Shown piece after piece: positions 56,648 to 64,000 of a DNA stretch of 64,000 nt. The notes under the pieces were generated by a model, which worked only from the letters and a program-made list of their open reading frames with translations, ran no database searches and had not been told where the DNA came from. The stretch is taken from assembly GCA_965218305.1 (NCBI GenBank), contig OZ244617.1, positions 3,058,983-3,122,982 of the forward strand, written 5' to 3'. How positions within the stretch are numbered: position 1 is the first letter of the stretch; each line of letters opens with the position of its first letter. A program made the translations under genes and the position numbers. This stretch comes from an uncultured Candidatus Binatia bacterium. Lineage in GTDB: Bacteria; Desulfobacterota; Binatia; UBA9968; JAJDTQ01.

Positions 56648-57817
56648 ATGTCCACAACGTTAATCAAGAACATCGGGACTCTGGTAACCGGGATGCTCGA
56701 GGATCCCCTCCGCGACGCCGACTCGATTCTCGTGGCCGACGGGGTGATCCGGGAGGTCGGAAACGGGCTGAGCGGCGGCGCCGACCGCACCATCGACGCC
56801 AACGGAACCACGGTGATCCCGGGCCTCATCGACTCGCATTCCCACCCCACCTTCGGCAACTTCACGCCGGCGCAGAACTCCATCGGATGGATCACGCACT
56901 ACATGCACGGCGGGGTCACCTCCATCATTTCCGCGGGGGAGCTGCACGTGCCGGGGCTGCCGCTGCCGCCGGATCCGCTGTGCGCGGTGTCGTTGGCCAT
57001 CGTCGCCAAGCGGTGTTGGGACAACCTCCGGCCCACCGGCGTCCGGGTGCACGGCGGCACGCTGCTGCTGGTGCCGGGCCTGGAAGAGAAGGACTTCGAC
57101 ACCATCGCCGAGGCCGGTATCCGCCTGGTGAAGTTCATCTTCTACGACTACAGCCTGTTGCCCAACGGCGAAGCGGAGCGCTACGTGAAATGGGCCCGGG
57201 CGCGGGACATCAAGGTCAAGATCCACTCGGGCGGCGTTTCCCGTTCGGGAGTCAGCCAGGTGGCGGGCGTGGACATCGTCAAGGCCATCGATCCCGATGT
57301 CATCGGCCACAGCACCGGCGGCCCCATCCCCATGCCGGAGGAGGATCTCCGCCGCATCGTGGCCGAGACCGAGTACTACGTCGAGATCTGCACTTCCGGC
57401 AACCTGCGCATGGGAATGGTGCTGGCCGACGCGGTCAGGCAGGCCGGCGCCGAGGCCCGGGTGCTGGTGGGCACCGACACTCCGGGCGGCACCGGGGTGG
57501 TGCCCCGGGGCATCCTGCGCGAGATCTGCTTCCTCGCATCCCTGGGGGGCTTCGCGCCGGAACACGCCGTGGCCATGGCCACCGGCAACACGGGGCGCGC
57601 CCACGGACTCGACCTCGGCATCGTCGCGGAAGGGAAGCCCGCGGACCTCGTGATCATGGACCGCATCACCGGCTCGGTATCCCGGGATGCGCTGGATTCG
57701 TTCGCCAAGGGCGACCTTCCGGGTATCTCGGTGGTGATGATCGACGGTGAGCTCACCGTCGACGGCCGAAGCCAACAGACGCCGCCGCCCGAGCGGGGCG
57801 TGGTTATCAGCTCATAG
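56648..57817 (+). CDS. Amidohydrolase-family metal-dependent hydrolase
   Basis: N-terminal metal-ligand motif GLIDSHSHP and a composite-domain/TIM-barrel architecture. 389 aa. Confidence 0.7.
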   Translation: MSTTLIKNIGTLVTGMLEDPLRDADSILVADGVIREVGNGLSGGADRTIDANGTTVIPGLIDSHSHPTFGNFTPAQNSIGWITHYMHGGVTSIISAGELHVPGLPLPPDPLCAVSLAIVAKRCWDNLRPTGVRVHGGTLLLVPGLEEKDFDTIAEAGIRLVKFIFYDYSLLPNGEAERYVKWARARDIKVKIHSGGVSRSGVSQVAGVDIVKAIDPDVIGHSTGGPIPMPEEDLRRIVAETEYYVEICTSGNLRMGMVLADAVRQAGAEARVLVGTDTPGGTGVVPRGILREICFLASLGGFAPEHAVAMATGNTGRAHGLDLGIVAEGKPADLVIMDRITGSVSRDALDSFAKGDLPGISVVMIDGELTVDGRSQQTPPPERGVVISS

Positions 57818-57950
57818 GAACGGGTTTTTTGCCAGGCGACAGGGTCAAATCTTGAACTTGGGTAAAACGTCCATAACCCATTATAAACATTGATAAATAG
57901 CTATGACCGGCGGCATGACGCACCTGGCCATGGCGCAAGGAGGTTTCCCG

Positions 57951-58928
57951 GTGAGCTCACTACAATACGGCGTCGGACTCTTCCCCACGGAATCCGTTTC
58001 GCGGATCATCCAGCTCGGCAAGCAGGCGGAAGAACTGGCCTTCAGTCATGTCTGGGTCGGCGACTCGCACCTCATCTGGCGCGAGGCCTTCGTGAACATG
58101 GCCGCGGTGGCGTTGAACACCTCGAAAGTGATCATCGGCACCGGTGTGACCAATCCGGTGACCCGGCACCCTTCGGTGTTGGCCAGCGCCTACGCCACCC
58201 TGGACGAGATGGCGCCGGGCCGGTTCGCCGTGGGCATCGGCCTGGGCGACAGCTCGCTGGAAACCATGGGCCGCAAGCAGGCACGCCTGGCGGACTTCGA
58301 GGAAGCGGTGGCGCAGATGCGCGCGGTCATCGAGGGCGGCGAGGCCGAGCTGGAGAGCGGCAAGATCCGCCTCAACTTCGCGCAGAACCGCAAGATCCCC
58401 TTCTACGCGGCCGCCAGCGGGCCGAAGATGCTGGAGCTGTCCGGCCGGATCGCCGACGGCGTCATCATCCTCGTGGGCGTGGATTCCGGTGCCGTCGAAA
58501 GGGCTGTCGAGCGGGTCGCGGCCGGCGCCGAGTCGGCCGGCCGCAAGCTTTCCGACATCGACCTGGTGCTGTGGGTGCCGTGCGCGGTTTCCGAGGGGCC
58601 CGGGGCCAAGGATGCGGTCAAGGCCCACGTGGCCCGGGTCATCGCCCATCCGCTGCCCTTCACCCTGGACGAGCGCGAGCAGAAGGTCCTGGTCGACATC
58701 CACCAAGCCTACGACTACTACCAGCACATGGACCAGAGGGCCGCCCAGGCGCGCGTGATCCCCGACTGGCTGGTGGACAAGTTCGCGGTCGCCGGCACCC
58801 CGGACGAGTGTCACGCCAAGGTCCAGGAGCTCAAACAGAGCGCCATCAACCAGGTGGCGATCATTCCCTACAACGTGGGCGACGCCGACCGCGGCGAGAC
58901 CCTGCGGCTGTTTGCCGGAGCCGTGTAG
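57951..58928 (+). CDS. LLM-class (luciferase-like) flavin/F420-dependent oxidoreductase
   Basis: YGVGLFPTE...HVWVGDSH...GIGLGDS pattern. GTG start with a perfect AAGGAGG RBS 8 nt upstream. Confidence 0.7.
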   Translation: MSSLQYGVGLFPTESVSRIIQLGKQAEELAFSHVWVGDSHLIWREAFVNMAAVALNTSKVIIGTGVTNPVTRHPSVLASAYATLDEMAPGRFAVGIGLGDSSLETMGRKQARLADFEEAVAQMRAVIEGGEAELESGKIRLNFAQNRKIPFYAAASGPKMLELSGRIADGVIILVGVDSGAVERAVERVAAGAESAGRKLSDIDLVLWVPCAVSEGPGAKDAVKAHVARVIAHPLPFTLDEREQKVLVDIHQAYDYYQHMDQRAAQARVIPDWLVDKFAVAGTPDECHAKVQELKQSAINQVAIIPYNVGDADRGETLRLFAGAV

Positions 58929-58978
58929 CCAGTTCCCTGCCTCACGATCCTCTCTACGAGGCATGACACCAAGGAACG

Positions 58979-59353
58979 GTGCGGACTGTCACCCGCTACT
59001 ACCTGTTTCAGATTCCCGGCTGGGTCCTGACGGCCGCGCTGGTGACGCTGCTGCACGCATGGCTGGCGCTGCCGGTATGGGTGGCGCTGACCGTGCTCGG
59101 CGTGGTGGTGCTGAAGGACGTGGTCTTCTACCCGTTCCTGCGGAGAGCCTACCAGTTGGAAGCCTCCGGCGCCGCCCAGCTCGTGGGCCTGCGCGGCGTC
59201 GCGCGGGACCCCCTGGACCCCACCGGATACGTCTACGTACACGGTGAGCTGTGGCGCGCGCGCACCGAGGCTGGAGCGCCCGCGATACCCGCGGGCGCGG
59301 AAGTTCGGGTGATCCGAGGGGACCGGATGACGTTAACCGTGGCGCGGGACTAG
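58979..59353 (+). CDS. NfeD-like membrane protein (short form, TM hairpin + OB-fold)
   Basis: Two TM helices, then a beta-rich C-terminus (GYVYVHGELWRAR...VRVIRGDRMTLTV). Confidence 0.5.
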   Translation: MRTVTRYYLFQIPGWVLTAALVTLLHAWLALPVWVALTVLGVVVLKDVVFYPFLRRAYQLEASGAAQLVGLRGVARDPLDPTGYVYVHGELWRARTEAGAPAIPAGAEVRVIRGDRMTLTVARD

Positions 59354-59436
59354 TGTCATGCCTGGTTTATTGCAGAGTAGCCGTTCGAGGAGCGAAACGG
59401 CGAGATCGAACGCCTTTATCTTGAGGACTACCACTG

Positions 59437-59742
59437 ATGACGACCAGCGGCATCAAGGTAAGAATGACCCCTTCCCACCCCGGCGCCTTCATCCGGGTTG
59501 AGGTGGTCGAGGAATTGGGCCTGAGCGTGACGGCGGCGGCGCGGATTCTCGGTGTTCGCCGTGCGACGTTTGCGGACCTGCTGAACGGCAGGGCGGCGTT
59601 GTCGCCCGAGATGGCGTTGCGGGTCGAAAAGGCATTCGGTGTCAGCATGGACCTGTTGTTGCGAATGCAGGCATGGCATGATGCTTCGCGAATGCGGGCG
59701 CGAGCGAGTGAGATCGTCGTTCAACGGTATCAGCCGGCATGA
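59437..59742 (+). CDS. higA: HigA-family antitoxin / XRE-type HTH regulator (no cognate toxin adjacent)
   Basis: HPGAFIRVEVVEELGLSVTAAARILGVRRATFADLLNGRAALSPEMALRVEKAFGVSMDLLLRMQ matches the HigA addiction-module antidote family. Confidence 0.7.
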   Translation: MTTSGIKVRMTPSHPGAFIRVEVVEELGLSVTAAARILGVRRATFADLLNGRAALSPEMALRVEKAFGVSMDLLLRMQAWHDASRMRARASEIVVQRYQPA

Positions 59743-59746
59743 CCAC

Positions 59747-60724
59747 CTACAGGAAGCCCTTCTCCTCGTAAAACTTCTTGGCGCCCGGGTGCAACGGGAT
59801 GCCCAGGGGGCCGGCGTCGGTGTCGCGGCAGACCTGCCTGATGTTCAGCCTAGCGGCGTCCACCGGGATGTCGCGGCGGCGGCGGTAGATGGACTCGCAC
59901 AGGGAGTAGGCCATGTCCCTGCTCAGCCACTTGTGGGTGATGACCGGCCAGCCGCTGAAGTCCACGGTGCGGATGTCTTCCTTGAGTCCGGGAAACCTGC
60001 GCCTGGGAATCACCGCGCGCTTGAATCCCAGGGCCTCCATGCCCCGGATCACGTCCTCGTCGAGGTGCAACACCTCGTAGCCGTTGTCCAGCGCGGCTTC
60101 GAGCCACTTTGTGGACAACCCTTCATCGAAAACCGCGTCCACGCGCCTCGCCTTGATCGATTCGATGCGTTTGGGCGAGGAAGGATGGGCGCACTCGTCG
60201 ACCTCGCCGCCCCAGCGCGTGATCTTGCGGAACGTAAGCCCATAGAGCGACATGATGGTGGAGATGGCGTAGTGGGTGGAATTGTCGATGCCCGCGGTCC
60301 GGGTGGAAACCCTGAGCGGTATCCTGTTCCGGACGATGTCCCGGACCGAGCGGACTCCGAGCTCCGCCGATACGACAAAGGCGATGCGGTCCCAGGAGGG
60401 GAAGCAGGCCAGCGCCCGCAGGGGCAGCGCCTCTTTGTAGTATCCCTTGCCGCGGTAGCACATGGTGGCGATGACCGACGGATTCACGTGGGAGACGTCG
60501 ACCCGGCGCTTCCCGACCTCGATGGGGGCCTTCATGCCGCCCAGGAGCTCGCCGTGGACACCGAACCGGAGCGGCGGGAAGATGTGGTCCTCCTCCTTGC
60601 TGGAGCGGATGGACACGTCCAGCGCCACCCCCAGGTCGAGCTTGCGGTCCGCGTAGACTCCGGCCGCCATCTCCAGCATCGTCTTGACTCGCTTCATCCG
60701 TGAATTGGGGCGTTGTTGTGCCAT
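59747..60724 (-). CDS. Hypothetical protein, possible periplasmic-binding-protein-like (NMT1/SsuA-like) fold
   Basis: 325-aa non-low-complexity ORF convergent with higA. No confident family assignment. Confidence 0.35.
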   Translation of the reverse strand: MAQQRPNSRMKRVKTMLEMAAGVYADRKLDLGVALDVSIRSSKEEDHIFPPLRFGVHGELLGGMKAPIEVGKRRVDVSHVNPSVIATMCYRGKGYYKEALPLRALACFPSWDRIAFVVSAELGVRSVRDIVRNRIPLRVSTRTAGIDNSTHYAISTIMSLYGLTFRKITRWGGEVDECAHPSSPKRIESIKARRVDAVFDEGLSTKWLEAALDNGYEVLHLDEDVIRGMEALGFKRAVIPRRRFPGLKEDIRTVDFSGWPVITHKWLSRDMAYSLCESIYRRRRDIPVDAARLNIRQVCRDTDAGPLGIPLHPGAKKFYEEKGFL

Positions 60725-60783
60725 GAGCTCCTCTCTCGATGTCGGCTATCTCTGTACCAGATCCGCCGGTTTGTGGCGACTAC

Positions 60784-60850
60784 GGCCCCGGACTTGATCC
60801 GGGGCCGGGATGACGGGAGAAGGGGTCCCGCGGTGGGCTCCCGCCACCCA
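60784..60850. repeat. Palindromic intergenic repeat element, copy E (partial/degenerate: CCCCGGACTTGATCCGGGG + GGGATGACGGGAGAAGGGG)
   Basis: Shares the arm core with copies A-D. Located in the divergent intergenic region upstream of the M20 peptidase gene. Confidence 0.65.
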
Positions 60851-60878
60851 TTCCTTGCAGTGACACGGGTCGTCGAGT

Positions 60879-62138
60879 ATGAATAGGGGCATGGACGATG
60901 CGGCACAACGGCTCAAGGAAATCATCGACGAGGATCGGCAGGACCTGATCCAGTTGTGCCTGGAGTTGGGCAACATCCCGAGTCCCCACGCCCAGGAACG
61001 GGCGCTTGGTGAAGCGGTGGTGGGGTGGCTGACGCAGAATGGCATCGAGTCCTACCTCCAATGGATTACCGACGAGAGCGTCAACGCCGTGGGGGTGATC
61101 CGCGGCGCCGGCGGCGGCTCGAGTCTCATCCTCAACGCACACATGGACACCGGCCCCGAGCTTCCCGCCGACGCCTCCGAGACGGACCTGCGGATGGAGG
61201 GCGCCTGGGTCGACGGCGACCTGATGTTCGGCAAGGGCCTGATCAACGACAAGGCCCAGCTCTGTGCGTTCATGCTCGCCGCCAGGGCGTTCAAGAAGGC
61301 GGGAATCGTGCTCCGGGGCGATCTCTACGTCACCGGCGTCGCCTTCGAGACCGGAGAACCGTCGGTGGACGACACCCAGGGAGTGAATTTCCCGGGCGAG
61401 GGCTTCGGCGCGAAATGGTTGATCGACCGGGGCGTTACGGCCGACTACTGCCTGGTGGGGGAAACGTCCGGTTTCGGCATCATCATGGGAGAATGCGGCG
61501 CGGTGTGGCTCAAAATCCGCTGCCAGGGACGCGAGCTGTACACGCCGCGCCTGGTTCGAGGTGAGTCTCTGCGCGAGCATCCCAACCCCTACATCAAGAT
61601 GGCTCATGCCGTAACGGCGCTGGAAAACTGGGCCATCGCCTACGAGCACGAGGCGCGCTTCGAATTCCCCGGCGGCACCATGATCCCCAAGGCCCAGGTA
61701 GCCGCGGTTCGCGGCGGACCCGGCTACTGTGACATCTACTACGACGTTCGCATCGTGCCCAAGACCGATCCCCAGGCCATCAAGCGCGAGATCGAGGCCG
61801 TGATGGCGACGCTGGACTTCGAATCCGAGGTTTCGGTGTACCAGTATTCCAGGGGGCACGTGGCGCGGAACGTCGACATGCTCATGGACTCCATCGACCA
61901 GGCGCACCGTGATGTCATGGGCGCCGAGCCCCCTGCGCCTCCCTCGGCAGAGATCAGCATGTGGCGGGACATGAACGTGTTCAACGAAGTGGGGATTCCC
62001 GCCGTGTGTTATGGACCTCCCCGGCAGAGAGAAACCATCAGCCAGGCGCAGAATCGCGCCATGAAGATCGACGATCTCGTTGCCGCGACCAAGGTGTATG
62101 CGCTCACCATCCTGTCGGTGTGCGAGGAATCAAAGTGA
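60879..62138 (+). CDS. M20-family metallopeptidase (ArgE/DapE/acetylornithine deacetylase-like)
   Basis: Metal-ligand blocks LNAHMDTG and GKGLINDKAQ, plus a dimerisation lid domain. 419 aa. Confidence 0.8.
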   Translation: MNRGMDDAAQRLKEIIDEDRQDLIQLCLELGNIPSPHAQERALGEAVVGWLTQNGIESYLQWITDESVNAVGVIRGAGGGSSLILNAHMDTGPELPADASETDLRMEGAWVDGDLMFGKGLINDKAQLCAFMLAARAFKKAGIVLRGDLYVTGVAFETGEPSVDDTQGVNFPGEGFGAKWLIDRGVTADYCLVGETSGFGIIMGECGAVWLKIRCQGRELYTPRLVRGESLREHPNPYIKMAHAVTALENWAIAYEHEARFEFPGGTMIPKAQVAAVRGGPGYCDIYYDVRIVPKTDPQAIKREIEAVMATLDFESEVSVYQYSRGHVARNVDMLMDSIDQAHRDVMGAEPPAPPSAEISMWRDMNVFNEVGIPAVCYGPPRQRETISQAQNRAMKIDDLVAATKVYALTILSVCEESK

Positions 62139-62159
62139 TGATCGGAGAGGGAGGTTGCC

Positions 62160-62549
62160 TTGGGTAGCTCGAATGAGGTGACACGCGGGGTGCGGATCGA
62201 GGTCACGACCGAGTACGACCCGACCCGTTCGTTCCCCGAGCACAACCGCTGGTTCTATCTCTACACCGTGGAGATCAGCAACGAGGGCTCGGAAACCGTG
62301 CAGCTCGTCAGCCGCCACTGGATCATCACCGACGCCACCGGACACGTGGAGGAAGTCAAGGGACCGGGAGTGGTGGGCGAGAGCCCGGTGCTGGAGGAGG
62401 GAGAATCCTTCGAGTACACTTCCGGGTGCCCGTTGACAACGCCCTACGGCTCCATGCACGGCACCTACCAGATGGTCACCGCCGACGGCGACCGCTTCGA
62501 CGCCAAGATCGCCGAGTTCGTGCTCGGCCAGCCGCAGTCGCTGCACTAG
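62160..62549 (+). CDS. apaG: ApaG (DUF525) protein
   Basis: IEVTTEYDPTRS...RHWIITDATGHVEEVKGPGVVGESPVL matches the ApaG family. TTG start with a GGAGAGGGAGG RBS. Confidence 0.8.
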   Translation: MGSSNEVTRGVRIEVTTEYDPTRSFPEHNRWFYLYTVEISNEGSETVQLVSRHWIITDATGHVEEVKGPGVVGESPVLEEGESFEYTSGCPLTTPYGSMHGTYQMVTADGDRFDAKIAEFVLGQPQSLH

Positions 62550-62581
62550 CTGCAGGTTCCCGTTGACGACAATCCTGATCG

Positions 62582-63472
62582 CTAATCGCTTGAAACAAGT
62601 CGGAATAAATTTCCTGACGGACGTCCAATGTGAAGCTTCAATGTCTTGTTCAAGAGACGGAGATTGCCACGGAATTCAACCAGTAGTCGCCATTCTTTTT
62701 CGTTGGAATACTTTTCCGGCTTCCACCAATACTTACGTGCCAGCCCGTCAGCGCCCGGGTCGGCTTCCACTTTGAGCGTCTTTCTGTACTCGACCTTCCT
62801 CCAACTTACCGAGGTGACACCACCTTCCGGCAAAGCAGCCTCGACACGCTTCTTCAGTTTCATGGGATTCCCCACTTTGAGACAGGAGCCTCCGAACTTC
62901 TTGGCCGCGCTCTTTTCGGCACTGAAACACAGCATAAAGGCCGGATAGACGGGAACGTCATCGGTAATATCGTGATTGACTTGCCCATCGGGTAATTTAG
63001 ACGTACCGATACCCTCCGAGGGATCTGCGGCCGGGCCTTCAATATCACGAAAATACGCATGTGCGCGGAACCAAAGTACTCCATCCAAGTGGTTGTACGC
63101 GGCTTGTTGGTCTTTAACTGCTCGAAACAGAGTTGGAGGTTCGACCACTTCCAAGTCTGCCGGCCTACCAGCATCGTCCATGGCGTGGCGATCCTTGAGC
63201 GTCGGCAAGGCTCGTATTCCCTTGCGCAATTTTTGCTCCGCAAACCGCAGTTCGTACAGCTTCTGCAAATTCAGCCAGAACTCCGCGCTCGTGCCAAAGA
63301 AATGAGCCAACCGAAGGGCGGTGTCACCCGTGACTGCGCGCCGCCCGTTGAGGATTTCGGTAATGCGGTTGGTAGGCACCTCAAGGAGTCGCGCAAGCGC
63401 TGCCGCGCTCATGTCGATCTCCTTCAGTTCTTCAGCCAGATGCTCTCCCGGACGGATTGCGCGGATGGTCAT
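62582..63472 (-). CDS. higA: HigA-family antitoxin HTH domain fused to a ~200-aa uncharacterised C-terminal domain
   Basis: The N-terminal ~95 aa (RPGEHLAEELKEIDMSAAALARLLEVPTNRITEILNGRRAVTGDTALRLAHFFGTSAEFWLNLQKLYEL) are HigA-like. The remainder has no recognised motif. The gene lies 10 nt downstream of higB in a low-GC segment. Confidence 0.65.
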   Translation of the reverse strand: MTIRAIRPGEHLAEELKEIDMSAAALARLLEVPTNRITEILNGRRAVTGDTALRLAHFFGTSAEFWLNLQKLYELRFAEQKLRKGIRALPTLKDRHAMDDAGRPADLEVVEPPTLFRAVKDQQAAYNHLDGVLWFRAHAYFRDIEGPAADPSEGIGTSKLPDGQVNHDITDDVPVYPAFMLCFSAEKSAAKKFGGSCLKVGNPMKLKKRVEAALPEGGVTSVSWRKVEYRKTLKVEADPGADGLARKYWWKPEKYSNEKEWRLLVEFRGNLRLLNKTLKLHIGRPSGNLFRLVSSD

Positions 63473-63482
63473 GCTGTCTCCC

Positions 63483-63767
63483 CTAGTGATAATCAACGAT
63501 CTCTACGCCTGCAGGTCCAGGGAAACCCTGCGGCCACTCGAAGCAGACCCGCCATTGGTCATTGATGCGGATGCTGTATTGTCCCCGCCGGTCGCCTCTC
63601 ATGGCTTCAAAATGATTGCCGGGCAGAACCGCGAGGTCGCTAAGCGAATACGCCGCTTCCAACCGGTCAAGCTTCAACCACGCCGCGCGTTCAAAGCCGG
63701 AGAAGGCCCTGACTCGCCTACCCTCCGCAAAGTCCCTGGTACGCTTGTCGCGATAGCTGACAATCAT
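63483..63767 (-). CDS. higB: HigB toxin (RelE/ParE superfamily, 'killer protein')
   Basis: 94 aa. PGNHFEAMRGDRRGQYSIRINDQWRVCFEW closely matches the HigB signature (PGNRFE...G.....SIR.N.QYR..F.W). Toxin-first higBA order. Confidence 0.8.
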   Translation of the reverse strand: MIVSYRDKRTRDFAEGRRVRAFSGFERAAWLKLDRLEAAYSLSDLAVLPGNHFEAMRGDRRGQYSIRINDQWRVCFEWPQGFPGPAGVEIVDYH

Positions 63768-64000
63768 CCGTAACCTATCTGCCTTTATGTGTTACGTCAA
63801 GCATAACTAACCTGCTGTGCAAACTCCTTGGTGAGTAGCTCCCATATTCAAGAATCGGCTGGAATAGCGGATTCTGAAATATGACAAGCCATTTCCATCA
63901 ACTCTTTCCACGAACCGATGCAGACGGACTATGAGTGAAGAGTCCTGATGCGTCGCGCCATGGACGGATCGAGGCTGGACTGGGGAACCGGGTTAACGGA

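Noticed and set aside
56206-56895. 229-aa and 87-aa minus-strand ORFs with repetitive VTPRHLS/PRATSPSP peptides
   Set aside because: Produced by translating the 20- and 22-bp tandem DNA repeats of the composite repeat locus. There is no independent coding evidence.
59354-59436. Missing higB upstream of the 101-aa HigA at 59437
   Set aside because: Only 83 bp separate it from the NfeD-like gene and no ORF is present. It is treated as an orphan HigA/XRE regulator rather than a complete toxin-antitoxin module.

Overview
High-GC (~65%) bacterial chromosomal window, densely coded on both strands. No rRNA, tRNA or CRISPR arrays were found. Bases:
- 1-2340: partial tctC-like binding protein and TctA permease; no tctB between them.
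- 2369-5554: unusual 1061-aa fusion of an EndoQ-like PHP/zinc-finger domain to a UvrD-family helicase.
- 5546-6716: DUF433 / PIN-like (DUF5615) toxin-antitoxin-like pair.
- 6873-7508: glutathione S-transferase.
- 7676-9598: groES-groEL with a strong rho-independent terminator.
- ~9665-12700: ~3-kb low-GC island inserted directly after that terminator. It carries a restriction-modification system: a PD-(D/E)xK nuclease fused to a gamma-class N6-adenine methyltransferase, plus a single-TRD HsdS-like specificity subunit.
- 12764-17724: conserved housekeeping block on the minus strand, tmk-holB-metG-tatD-aroE.
- 17939-18841: divergent QueG/RdhA-like Fe-S protein.
- 19167-21412: minor pseudopilin operon (pilD, gspH/fimT-like, pilV-like, pilW-like), flanked on both sides by copies of a palindromic repeat.
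- 21.5-41.2 kb: large catabolic neighbourhood with alpha/beta hydrolases, DUF1989, aldehyde dehydrogenase, an aryl-CoA ligase of the benzoate-CoA-ligase family, class II aldolase, a PhtD-like decarboxylase, a CoxM/S/L-type molybdenum hydroxylase, crotonase, a UbiD-family decarboxylase, a TauE exporter and an SthA-like flavoprotein. It also contains two paralogues of an uncharacterised ~285-aa family, one translationally coupled to the Mo-hydroxylase large subunit.
- 41.3-56.2 kb: three consecutive amino-acid ABC transporter operons, two Liv-type (branched-chain) and one AapJQMP-type.
- 56.6-62.5 kb: amidohydrolase, LLM flavin oxidoreductase, NfeD-like protein, orphan HigA, M20 peptidase, ApaG.
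- 62.5-63.8 kb: low-GC islet with a higB toxin and a HigA antitoxin carrying an unusual ~200-aa C-terminal extension.

A family of ~115-bp palindromic intergenic repeats (core GTCAyCCCGGACTTGATCCGGGrTCCAGGAG and its inverted partner) occurs at five loci. At ~56.2-56.6 kb it is embedded in 20- and 22-bp tandem arrays. Many long ORFs in the six-frame track are antisense or alternative-frame artefacts of the high GC content and were rejected.
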